From Gekko japonicus (taxonomy: Eukaryota): a stretch of 64,000 bases of DNA. Location: positions 224,713-288,712 of the forward strand of contig NW_015160876.1 in assembly GCF_001447785.1 (NCBI RefSeq), given 5' to 3'. Both the position numbers and the translations under genes were made by a program. The notes beneath the pieces were generated by a model. The model saw only the letters and a program-made list of their open reading frames with translations, was not told the origin of the DNA and made no database searches. Numbering within the stretch: position 1 is the stretch's first letter; every line of letters starts with the position of its first letter. Positions 12,354-23,939 of the stretch are shown piece after piece.

Positions 12354-13803
12354 ACTGAACTCTAGACAGCAGAGATCTGCCTCACTGGTGAACTCCTGTG
12401 GTAGTATACCTTTGGAGGGTGGACTCTTGTGGTATTATACCCAGCTGAGGCCGCTCCCTTCCCCAAACCCAACCCTCCTTAGAATCCACCACAAAACCTC
12501 TAGGAATTCCCCAGCCTGGTTCTGGCAACCCTTGTCAGGCCTGGCTCCAAGGCTCCCTCCCTCAAAGGCCAAAATAGGCCTGGAAAGGACACTTCCTCCT
12601 CCCCCTTCCTTTTACTGATAGAGCCAGTTAGAAGCCCCCCCCTCCCGAACATTCTAATCTCTCACCGTTGATGCCTGGAGTAGATCCCCTATTTCAAAAG
12701 GTATTGGGAAGAATTCAACCCTCCCTGAGGGGTTTTTTTTTTAAACTTTTTGGATTTTTCTGGAGACCCAGGGAGTCCCCTGAGTCTGTAGAAAAAGCTG
12801 TTGGGGGAGAGTAAGCCCTCTGTTGGCAGAAATAAGTATCCACATGGAGACAGGACTTTTGGCTAATAGTATATAGATAGATGGGAACATTAGAAAGGGA
12901 GCCACAGTAGGAAGCATTCTGTAAATCAAAACTTAACAGTGAAACCCGCAGTAGCTTCACTTCAAGGCTTGCTGTGGTAGTGGGATAAACTTGCTGTCAT
13001 TGTGTATGAGGCTGCCTCATAGTGAGTTAGACGCTTGGCCAGTATTGTCTGCTGTGATTGACAGAGGCTGTCCAGGGTACTGAACTCTAGACAGCAGAGA
13101 TCTGCCTCACTGGTGAACTCCTGTGGTAGTATACCTTTGGAGGGTGGACTCTTGTGGTATTATACCCAGCTGAGGCCGCTCCCTTCCCCAAACCCAACCC
13201 TCCTTAGAATCCACCACAAAACCTCTAGGAATTCCCCAGCCTGGTTCTGGCAACCCTTGTCAGGCCTGGCTCCAAGGCTCCCTCCCTCAAAGGCCAAAAT
13301 AGGCCTGGAAAGGACACTTCCTCCTCCCCCTTCCTTTTACTGATAGAGCCAGTTAGAAGCCCCCCCCTCCCGAACATTCTAATCTCTCACCGTTGATGCC
13401 TGGAGTAGATCCCCTATTTCAAAAGGTATTGGGAAGAATTCAACCCTCCCTGAGGGGTTTTTTTTTTAAACTTTTTGGATTTTTCTGGAGACCCAGGGAG
13501 TCCCCTGAGTCTGTAGAAAAAGCTGTTGGGGGAGAGTAAGCCCTCTGTTGGCAGAAATAAGTATCCACATGGAGACAGGACTTTTGGCTAATAGTATATA
13601 GATAGATGGGAACATTAGAAAGGGAGCCACAGTAGGAAGCATTCTGTAAATCAAAACTTAACAGTGAAACCCGCAGTAGCTTCACTTCAAGGCTTGCTGT
13701 GGTAGTGGGATAAACTTGCTGTCATTGTGTATGAGGCTGCCTCATAGTGAGTTAGACGCTTGGCCAGTATTGTCTGCTGTGATTGACAGAGGCTGTCCAG
13801 GGT
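12354..13803. repeat. Apparently exact 725-bp tandem duplication (12354-13078 / 13079-13803)
   Basis: Identical ORF translations at an offset of 725; homopolymer lengths also match. Confidence 0.92.
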
Positions 13804-13915
13804 TTCAAGCAGGGGACTTTCACATTACCTATCTGATCCCTTAAACTAGAGATGCCAGGGTTTGAATCTGGGACCTTTTCAATGCAAAGCAGTTGCTCTG
13901 ACACTGAGCTACAGT
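13760..13915 (-). mobile_element. tRNA-derived SINE (Squam2-like)
   Basis: Reverse complement CTGTAGCTCAGTGTCAGAGC...GGTCCCAGATTCAAACCCTGGCATCTC; same family as the copies at 34143 and 40060. Confidence 0.7.
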
Positions 13916-16900
13916 TCTTTTGCTGAAGTTGGAACACTTCATGAAAATATATTCTTGTGATGGTTAACAGCAAGGATCATATTCCCAGTATAAACATATG
14001 TGTCTTGCTGGCTCACTCTATTGCTTGAATGAGTTTGAGGTAGGATGTTGTGAAAACTTTCCAACATTGTATTGCTACGACTGAAGGTGCTCTGAATATT
14101 TGCTGTGTATCCGGATTGTGGTCACAGCTGGTTCACTAATGAATGTGAGCAGTGTTATGTAAGAAGTAAGAAGGAAGGACAAATGCAGCACATGATATGA
14201 TCAGAAATTATGTATGTGGATATATGTGTATAAATATGGAAAGAAAGTGGTGCTGGTTTTCTATGTATGTTGCCACTTTCTATAAGTATGTTAACTCAAA
14301 AGGCTTGCATTGGAATTTACAGTGAAAGCCCTGTTCATAGAGAAAGCCTAAGACCTTCTGTTGTCAGGAGACAAGAGCTTCCTCATGCTGTGGTCACTGT
14401 ACAATACCTGCTGCATCGTGTCACCCACAGCATCTAAGGGCAGAATTATGGGTTACAAGTAACACAGGCCAGCTGCCAAAATAGCAGCCCCATTTTGAAT
14501 TACCCTTCTTCAACCTGCTGTATCCACCCCAGTTTGTCTCCTCTACCAATGCCCTTTATAAATGTGTGGTTCCACATCTCTATCCCACATCACTAGCTGT
14601 AGTTGGTGACCCTCGTGTCAAGGAAAAACATGCCGTAAGGGCATCAGGAATGGTGGTAAGCTATACTAGATGTTGGAGAAGAGTGTGGGCTGGTTATGGA
14701 GCTACTCCTCCAATGGGGCTACAATATTGCATCTCCTAACAGAAAGCAACTTTCTCTCCCTCCTTCAGTGAAACACCCTTTATACAGTTTAGTTTGAAAT
14801 GGGAGCTTCTGTTAAGCAATTGTAAGGTTAACAAACGTTTTTTTTTCTTGCAGTGAGTAAACACACGGCTGCCATAACCCCCTTTTTGTGTGGAAGGAAA
14901 GTTAAAGTCTCTCACTGAGCTTGAACAATCTCTTTTTGCAGCTGTTCAGCAAGGATTCCAATCCTCTTATTCATGTTGAAAAGCAGTTTACTCTGTGATA
15001 GATCCCTGCTTGTATTGAAAATGCTTTAACTTCTAGGTCTAAGTTTTCATTGCAAAACTGCTTCTTGTGTCTTAGCCAAGATCTGCAAACTTAATTTACT
15101 GGAATTCAGAAATATAAGCCTCTGTTTCCTTCAGGGGTTGTTCTGTATCGGGCAAGTCAAACTTTAGCTAACATTTGTTTTTATCTTGATGAGATCTGCT
15201 CATTGTAAGGCAGGTTCTGCTGGTTTATGGGTTTCCTACATTTTAATGTCCAGTAGCTAGCTGAAAACAATGTTATAAAGGCCTGCATTCAAATATCACA
15301 TTGAGTTAAGGAGGAACAATATCCAGCCTTTTCTCTTAAGTGATTTAAGTTTTTCTGAGGAAGGTTTCCTCTGGAAACCACTTTCTGTGTGGTTCAAGGA
15401 TATATGTGACAAGGAAAAAAGATTGAAAGATCATTCAGATAATCTTCCCCTCCCCAACCTTCTGCATGTGGTGACCTTAGGGAAGAGTGTGATGTTGAGA
15501 TGGAGATGATTTCCCTTGGGGGGAAAATGGCAGCCTTGGAGGGTGGACTCTAATGCATTACATCCCTGCTGAGTTCCTTCTGCTCCCCAAACTCTGTCCT
15601 CCCCAGGCACTACCGCAAATCTCTAGGAATTTCCTGAGCTGGAGTTTGGTCATTCTGTGTGTGTTTGGTGCAGAATAGAATACAGATGCCTGAACTGGAA
15701 GATGCTGTGGCTATTTGAATGCAGCATCCCCATGAGCCAAACACTGCTTCCAAATGAGACATGAATTGAAGGTCTAGGAGTTCTGTGCTCTGGTAAACGT
15801 GGCAGCCCAATGCAGATGTAATGTACCACAGGTAGTGCTTACAAAAGAAAGGGAGGAATTTGCATGGGAGGAAGTGGAAACACACAGCCTAATTCCAGTC
15901 TCTCAGCTGTGGTTGACAGTGAACAATATTATGTCTGCATTGGGCATGTATCTTCTAGTTGATCAATTATATTCTAAATGGGTGAGGGGGACACATGCAG
16001 GAGATGGGAGTATGCTTTCCCAGTATCACTGTGCATGAGATTTGGGGGGTGGGTACAGTCTGAACAGGTCCTAGATGGCCATCAAGTTCCTTCATGCCTC
16101 TACAATTGCCAGCTAGTATACATGACATCTTGCTAGATAGATGCAGTTTCTCTTTCATATGTCAAGTAGACATCCAGCTGAACCTTGTTTTATTATTCAC
16201 CCCTTGCCCATTCTCTTGGACTTTAATTTTGTTGGCAGGAGAGGAAAGGGCGGAAGGATGTGTGAGCAAATAGTCATTTGCTATAGCCTATTTGAAGCTG
16301 CACAGGCCCTGGAACCTGCTTTACAGCATTTGGCCTGCCAAAAGACACATAATGACCTTTTCATGGGGGTGGGGGGAGTTGTATTTTTCAGAGCCAAAGC
16401 AAGGTTACACCCAAAGGCTGTGGTTAGAAGATGAAAACTTGTCCTCCCCAAGAGTGATGCATCCCATTCGATAGATGCAAAACAGGTTATTAAAATTAAT
16501 AAATGGATGCTTTCTTTTGCAAATGCTTCATGGATACATGCATCTTTTTAAAAAATTGATTCTGCCAATACACAGGATAATGTGATACAGATTAACTGCT
16601 GGAATGGAATTTTAACCCTCTGCCTCTTACATAAGAATCCTAAGGCTTTGCCTTTTCTAATAATCACTGTGTTTCCTTGACTGGGTGGGTAAGATGTGTG
16701 CTCATTTCAGTACAGCCATTGGGGAAGGAGATGTGAACCAGCTGGAATATGAGGCCAAAAAGGCTGGGCAGTAGGCATGTAGAATAACAGAGTGTAGGGT
16801 ATCTTGAGAAGGAAGCTAACCTTATAAAGGGCTCTGTGTGTGCTCTTGTTATGAAGAGAAAGAACAAAACACTTCTTAAGCACAATGTCTTGTCCTTTTC

Positions 16901-17034
16901 TGAGTATCACAATGGTCAGGTGCCTTAATATAACTTTTGTAGGGGCAGGTTTGCTTTGCTGGATGTATCAGATGGGAGTGGGTTAAACTAGATAAAATTA
17001 TGTTAGCAAGGTTAGAGATGGCCAAAAATAAATC

Positions 17035-17670
17035 TTGATAGACATTGTGGGTATTTCAGAAACTTGGTGGGATGAGGAAAATCAGTGGAATACAGTGATT
17101 CCTGGTTATAAATTATATCGGAAGGATGGGGGGGAAGGTTTGGAGGTGGGGTGGCTCTGTATGTCACAGAGGGTATACAGTCCAGTAAGATTGAGAGGGT
17201 AAGAAAATTGGATTCGCTTCTGGAAATGTTATGGGTTGAAATAGTGGGCCCAAAAGGACACTTAACACTGGAAGTTTATTGCCCACCAGATCAAAAGAAA
17301 GAGGAGGATTATAAAATGATGAATGAATTAAAGATAACAGCTAGACTAAATAACTGTCGTAATAGGTGATTTTAACTACCCACAAATTGATTGGGTCAGT
17401 ATGTGTTCAAGTTGGGGAAAAAGAGATTGAATTTCTAGATACTCTCAATGACTGTGCTATGGAACAGATGGTCACAGAACCTACCAGGGGAGAGGCGATC
17501 CTGGATTTGGTCCTAAGTAATGTCCAAGACCTGGTGAGAGATGTAAAAGTGATTGCCCCGCTTGGGAACAGTGACCATAATGTTATTGAGTTTAACATTT
17601 GTATAAATAGGGAGTTGCCCCAAAAGACTGACAGAACCACTTTTAACTTTAAAAGGAGTAACTTCTCTGA
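17035..17670 (+). mobile_element. CR1 LINE, endonuclease region
   Basis: DIVGISETWW, GYKLYRKD, GGGVALYV, GDFNYP, PTRGEAILDLVL and LGNSDHNVIEF motifs. Confidence 0.85.
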
Positions 17671-17974
17671 TATGAGAAGTTTTTTCTTTTACATTGCAAA
17701 CACTATTTCAGAGAGAGACATCAGCTAATTTTTCCTTTACTTGCCCAATTTAAACCCTTGGACAACTATTTGAAATTTGCAGATACTGTGCTGCTGAAAT
17801 ATTTGTTGGAAGATAACAAGAAGTTGGTAACTCTGGTAGTAGGAAAATATTGCTTTTTAGTAATAAACAAGTGAAAGATTTTAACAAAAAGCACAGACTG
17901 AAGAGAATTTTAGACAAGACTTAGAATTTAGGGAATAGAATTACGATTTTAATAGGGGTCTGTGCCTGGTACTA

Positions 17975-19378
17975 TGATGGGGTACCAAGGGGTAAAGGGA
18001 GTACTGAAGGATGATAGGGAAATGGCTGAGAAGCTGAATACATTTTTTGCCTCTGTCTTCACTGTGGAAGATGAGAAGTGCTTGCCCACTCCAGAACCAC
18101 TGATTTCGGGAGGGTTGTTGAAAGACCTGAGTCAGATTGAGGTGNNNNNNNNNNNNNNNNNNNNNNNNNNNNNNNNNNNNNNNNNNNNNNNNNNNNNNNN
18201 NNNNNNNNNNNNNNNNNNNNNNNNNNNNNNNNNNNNNNNNNNNNNNNNNNNNNNNNNNNNNNNNNNNNNNNNNNNNNNNNNNNNNNNNNNNNNNNNNNNN
18301 NNNNNNNNNNNNNNNNNNNNNNNNNNNNNNNNNNNNNNNNNNNNNNNNNNNNNNNNNNNNNNNNNNNNNNNNNNNNNNNNNNNNNNNNNNNNNNNNNNNN
18401 NNNNNNNNNNNNNNNNNNNNNNNNNNNNNNNNNNNNNNNNNNNNNNNNNNNNNNNNNNNNNNNNNNNNNNNNNNNNNNNNNNNNNNNNNNNNNNNNNNNN
18501 NNNNNNNNNNNNNNNNNNNNNNNNNNNNNNNNNNNNNNNNNNNNNNNNNNNNNNNNNNNNNNNNNNNNNNNNNNNNNNNNNNNNNNNNNNNNNNNNNNNN
18601 NNNNNNNNNNNNNNNNNNNNNNNNNNNNNNNNNNNNNNNNNNNNNNNNGAGATTATTAGGAAGGGAATTGAAACAAATCAGCCAGTATCATAATGTCCCT
18701 GTATAAATCAATGGTGCGACCTCATTTGGAGTACTGTGTACAGTTCTGGTCACCACACCTCAAAAAGTATATTGTAGCATTGGAAAAAGTGCAGAAAAGG
18801 GCAACTAGAATGATAAAAGGGTTGGAACACTTTCCCTATGAAGAAAGGTCAAAACGCTTGGGGCTCTTTAGCTTGGAGAAACAACGGCTGTGGGGTGACA
18901 TGATTGAGGTTTATCAGATTATGCATGGGATAGAGCAGGTAGAGAAAGAAGTACTTTTTTCCCTTTCTCACAATATGAGAACTCGTGGGCACTCCATGAA
19001 ATTGCTGAGCAGTTGGGTTAGAACAGATAAAAGGGAAGTATTTCACCCAAAGAGTGATTAACACATGGAATTCACTGCCACAGGAGGTGGCGGGGGCTAT
19101 AAGCATGAACAGCTTCAAGAGGAAATTAGATAAGCATATGGAGCAGAAGTCCATCAGTGGCTATTAGCCACAAGGTATAGATAGGAACTCTCAGGCTGGG
19201 GCAAGTGATGCTCGGTATTCTTGGTGCTTGGGGGGGGCAACAGTGGGAGGGCTTCTAGTGTCCTGGCCCCATTGATGGACCTCCTGATGGCACCTGGTAT
19301 TTTTGGCCACTGTGCGACAGAGTGTTGGACTAGATGGGCCATTGACCTGATCCAACATTGGCTTCTCTTATGTTCTTA
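17975..19378 (+). mobile_element. CR1 LINE, RT C-terminal region and 3' UTR (spans gap)
   Basis: AEKLNTFFASVFT; LYKSMVRPHLEYCVQFWSPHLKK...VQKRATRMI; tail CTTATGTTCTTA. Confidence 0.9.
18145..18648. other. Assembly gap
   Basis: N run. Confidence 1.
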
Positions 19379-20054
19379 AATATTTTCTTACTGTTAGCAA
19401 AAATGAGGCTAATGTTGTATATTCATCTTTTATAATTGGGCTGAAGACCTTTGGTCATAGAAGCTAATAAATATAAGTAAGTTAGCAAAAATGTAATTTT
19501 GCAGGAGACACTGAAAATAATTTTAAAAAGGCAGTGCACTATAGAGAAAAAAATTCTGTTAATATGTTTACAGCTATTTTTCAGAGTTATGAATACTGGA
19601 GATAGAAGAGCATGACACAGTATCTGAGTTAAGGTCAACTTGGGAAGGAAGATTGTGGCTATCTCCAATATGTTTACCATGTTCCTTCAGTCATTTAACC
19701 GGATACCCAAGTCACCCTGTGCAGTCCTAGAACCTACCTTTTGCTCAGTTCTAGTAATTCAGAAGATCTGAGGTTGGTTTCTAGAAGAAAGCTTGAAAGT
19801 AATAGGCCTTATTCTTACTCATTGGGGTATCCTGAGACGGACCGGGGCTTTGCCATATCTCACCGAGAATGTAACAATTCACATGCAATTGGCAAGAAAC
19901 GCGTCTGGCAATTTGAATCTTGTTAAACAACAAATTGGTTCTAAGTGTGTCTTGGGATTACTTGTGGCTGGTTCTGATAAACCTAAGTGGAACTGACAGT
20001 GTTAAGTCAAAGGAGGTGCTGTGTAACTGAAGAATTTGCTCAAACATCCCTGGT

Positions 20055-20665
20055 ACATAAGAACATAAGAGAAGCCAATGTTGGATCAGGCCAATGGCCC
20101 ATCCAGTCCAACACTCTGTCAGACAGTGGCCAAAAATACCAGGTGCCATCAGGAGGTCCATCAGTGGGGCCAGGACAGTAGAAGCCCTCCCACTGTTGTC
20201 CCCCCCCCCCAAAAGCTCCAAGAATACAGTGCATCACTTGCCCCAGACTGAGAGTTCCTATTTATACCTTGTGGCTAATAGCCACTGATGGACCTCTGCT
20301 CCATACATTTATCTAATTCCCTCTTGAAGCCGTCCATGTTTGTAGTCACCACCACCTCCTGTGGCAGTGAATTCCACCTTTGGGTGAAGTGACGGTGAAT
20401 CACTCTTTGTGTGGAGTGGCAGTGAATCACTCTTTGGGTGAAGAAGTACGTCCTTTTATATGTTCTAACCCAACTGCTAACAATTTCATTGAGTGCCCTC
20501 AAATTCTTGTATTGTAAGAATGGGAGAAAAGTACTTCTTTCTCAACCTGCTCTATCCCATGCATAATCTTGTAAAACTTGATCATGTCACCCCTCAGTTG
20601 TCATTTCTCCAAGCTAGAGAGCCCCAAGTGCTTTACCCTTTCTTCATAGGGAAAGTGTTCCAGCT
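20055..20665 (-). mobile_element. 5'-truncated CR1 3' end, inverted relative to the upstream copy
   Basis: Starts ACATAAGAACATAAGAGAAGCC (reverse tail) and is reverse-complementary to 18826-19378. Confidence 0.9.
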
Positions 20666-21965
20666 CTGCATTTGAGAGGAAATGCTCAGCAGAGCTATCA
20701 GCTTAGGCTTTCAGTGTTCAGTTTAGTTTTTTTATCCATCTCTGCAACATAATGTATTGTGTAATAAAGAAATCCATGTAAGCTTGCTGAATTCTTAAAT
20801 TTGTTAGTTGCATCATTTTGATTGCCTTTCACCAGAACTTGGGTTGTTCATATTCACTGTGCACAGTTTTGAAATAGCTTTATAGGAAGGCATAGTTACT
20901 TTTCTGAAAATTTGCTCTGAACAAAGCCGTCTGTATTGATAAATCAGTCAAGAAAATAGTCCAACTCCTATTAGGGTCTGAAAAAGTGCAATAATTGATT
21001 TCACACATAATTCTAAATTGAAAGCTGCAGTACTGATTTGAGTATCCAACTAGGAATGAGACAATCAGGTTCAAACCTCTACTCTGTGAGGTACTATGGG
21101 AGTGGTGGTTAACAGACCAGTCATTTTCACCCCAGTCTACCTCACAGGTTCTTTTTGAAGATGAAATGAGTGCATGGATTGGAGGGAGAGGTTAACTTTG
21201 TGCTGGCCACTCTGAAATCCTGGGAGAAAGGAGAAGAAAAAAAGGAGAGAGATCCACAGTATAGTCTTAGGTATATATCATCCTTTAAAACAAAGAGGAG
21301 TTGCACGAGCTTTTTCTCTTGTAGGACTTGTATCACATCCATGGGGTTTAACCAAGATAATTTATAGTAGATTGTGTGTTTGGTCAGCAACAGTAGTGGT
21401 ATATGATTCAACTACTCACTCCAGTCCTTCTTTGATTACAATTCCAGCTGTTGCAATAAACTGCTGAAGATTAAATTGGGGTGTGTGTGTGAAGTGAATC
21501 AAAATCCATGCCTTCTCACACCTATGCCCTCTTTTAGAAACAGAACTCACACAGGATTGCTTAGAATAGTTTAAAGGCTCCCTTAATATTTGGTTTAGCT
21601 TTAACCAGCTCCTTGTCATTTAATTCAATTCCACTCTGATCTGGATTCCACATGGGGTTGAGACACTTTCCTGGCAACTTTCCAGCTTGAGTTAATATAC
21701 ACCAGTTCTTAGTTTTTATTGTCCTGATACCAGAGGCCAAGGGAAAGTTATTCTTGTACTGAAGCAGAATACCAGATAAGAACTTAACAGGTTTCACAAG
21801 TATGAAGGGGTAGGGAGCTTGAGCTGAGCTGCTGTCTTGAAGCAGGGTGATGGTGGTTATTCCCCCATGACTTGCTGACTGGAACAGCATCACTCTCTGG
21901 TCTTCCTGTCAAAAAAGAGTCTAGTGTAGATATTCCCTACTTGTTAATTGGAGGTTGACCTAGGT

Positions 21966-22328
21966 CAGGGATCCCCAGTGTTTTTGAGCCTTTTGGCGGA
22001 TTTCAAATTCTGGCACAGGGTGGTGGCAGTCACAAAGCAGCTGCCCTGCCACAAGAGACAGAGCCAACCACAAAATGTTAGGGATTGAGGTTATGCATAA
22101 CTCTAATAGTAATGTTTCAACAGAAGCTGTATTTAACAAGATGCCTTTTAAAATGCAGCTTTCTGTTGCATAGTGAAGACCCTTGTGCTGTGGTAGCAGC
22201 TGCTGTCAAAGCAACATTTAAAAAAAACCCATGAAAAGTCCATGCCCACTTTCTAAAAACACATGGTGGGCACTAGAAAAGGTGTCGTGGGTGCCATGGT
22301 GTCCACAGAGAACACGGTGGAAACCCCA
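21966..22328. mobile_element. Degenerate hAT-Charlie-like MITE
   Basis: CAGGGATCCCCAGTGTTTTTGAGCC ... cacggtggaaacccc ends. Confidence 0.5.
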
Positions 22329-22613
22329 ATCTAAGAAGTAAGCTGTGACCTTAACAACTTATGGGAATGTTCATCCCATAAGTGGGGGAGAATTAATTTA
22401 GGGTGTTTTTGCTTCTTCATGTCATTGCCTTGGAATAATAGTGCATATGCTGGTGGCCATGGGGGACCTGGCAACTCTCAGTGACAAATAATATGACCTG
22501 GCTGCAGAATTCTTTCCTGTATTCAGTGGCTGAATATTGGTAAGATGGTTGAAAGAAAGACAGCAAACCCAAACTTGCTTAGTTTTTCTGCCTTTTCTAC
22601 TCCAGTCTATCAA

Positions 22614-23545
22614 GGGAGCGGTGGCTCAGGCAGTAAAGGGAGCCTGCAGGTAATCCATCTGTGAACAGCCTTAAGGCTGTTCGAGTCTCACCGTGGCCAG
22701 GGTGAGCTCCTGGCCCCTGTCCTAGCTCCCGCCTACCCAGAGGTTCGAAAGCCTAGCAAGTAGATAAATGGGTACCTGCCTTAGGTGCAGGGGGGCACCC
22801 GCCTTCCGGCGTTGTGGTGATGAGGAGTGGAGCAGTGGTGCTGCCAGCGGCAACGGCGGCGGCGGAGCGATCCGATGAAAGAACATGGTGGTGATTTAAC
22901 ACCAAGCAGCAATCGTTCCAGGTGGGGATTGGCCCTGAGACGTGACAACGTGGCGACGCTGCTTGGCCGGAGCCAATTGGACAGAGGCCAGCGCAGGAAG
23001 TCGTCGCACAGTCGCAGACTATGGGAGCTTCCCCAGAAGGAGCTGCTGCGGAGCCCGCCGAGACAAGCTTTCCCCATTAGGAAAAGAACACACACGCCAG
23101 CGGGGTGCCTGGTAGGCACTCACCTCCCTATATATATACATTGTATGTGGCCCTAGTTAGGAAATGTAAAATGCTTGTAAAGCGCTCAGAGCCTCCGGGA
23201 TTGAGCAGTATAGAAATTGAAAGGGATTGGCCCTGAGACGCGACAACGTGGCGACGCTGCTTGGCCGGAGCCAATTGGACAGAGGCCAGCACAGGAAGTC
23301 GTCGCACAGTCACAGACTATGGGAGCCCCCAGAAGGAGTCACTGTGGAGCCCGCCGAGACAAGCTTCCACCATAAGGAAAAGAACACACACGCTGGCGGG
23401 GTGCCTGGTAGGCACTCACCTCCCTATAATATATACATTGTATGTGTCCCTAGTTAGGAAATGTAAAATGCTTGTAAACCGCTCAGAGCCTCCGGGATTG
23501 AGCGGTATAGAAATGGAAAGTGTAAATAAATAAATAAAAATAAAA
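22614..23545 (+). mobile_element. Chimeric SINE: Sauria-SINE-like head, CpG-rich body with duplicated 3' 298 bp, L2-like tail
   Basis: Head GGGAGCGGTGGCTCAG..GTTCGAGTC..GGGTGAGCTCC..GTTCGAAAGC..AAGTAGATAAATGGGTACC; tail TGTAAACCGCTCAGAG..GAGCGGTATAGAAAT..(AAAT)n. Confidence 0.65.
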
Positions 23546-23939
23546 TCACCCACCATAAACTGAGATTCCATAGGCCATTGATTCCCACCTTTTTGTTATG
23601 GTGACCCACAAGTTCATTTTTCTTGGTATGGTAACTCATTTAAACAGCAGATAATGCACAGATCAATAAAGTTGAAAAAGCATGGAACCTACTTCAATGG
23701 GCTTTGCAACCCACTTTTAGGTTGGGACGCACTGGATGGGGAATGCTGCTTAAGACAGTCTGCGTGAACCGAAGTGGATGGGACTACATAGCGTTTGTTG
23801 GTTTATTTATTTGTTTGTTTTATTTATATCCCGCCCTCCCCGCCAAGGCAGGCTCAGGGCAGCTTACAGGATGGATATATATACACGACATTTGTTAAAA
23901 CAAAGTTTAAAATCAACAACAGCATATAATCGTTAATAC

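Larger units (their letters stand above)
9640..12900. repeat. Compound array of diverged repeat modules interleaved with TAGGGTTGCCA-type hAT MITE pieces
   Basis: 9650-9900 resembles 11541-11900; 11370-11510 resembles 12710-12845; several 'gggaaattcctggagatttgggg' MITE fragments (10257, 11938, 12306). Confidence 0.6.
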
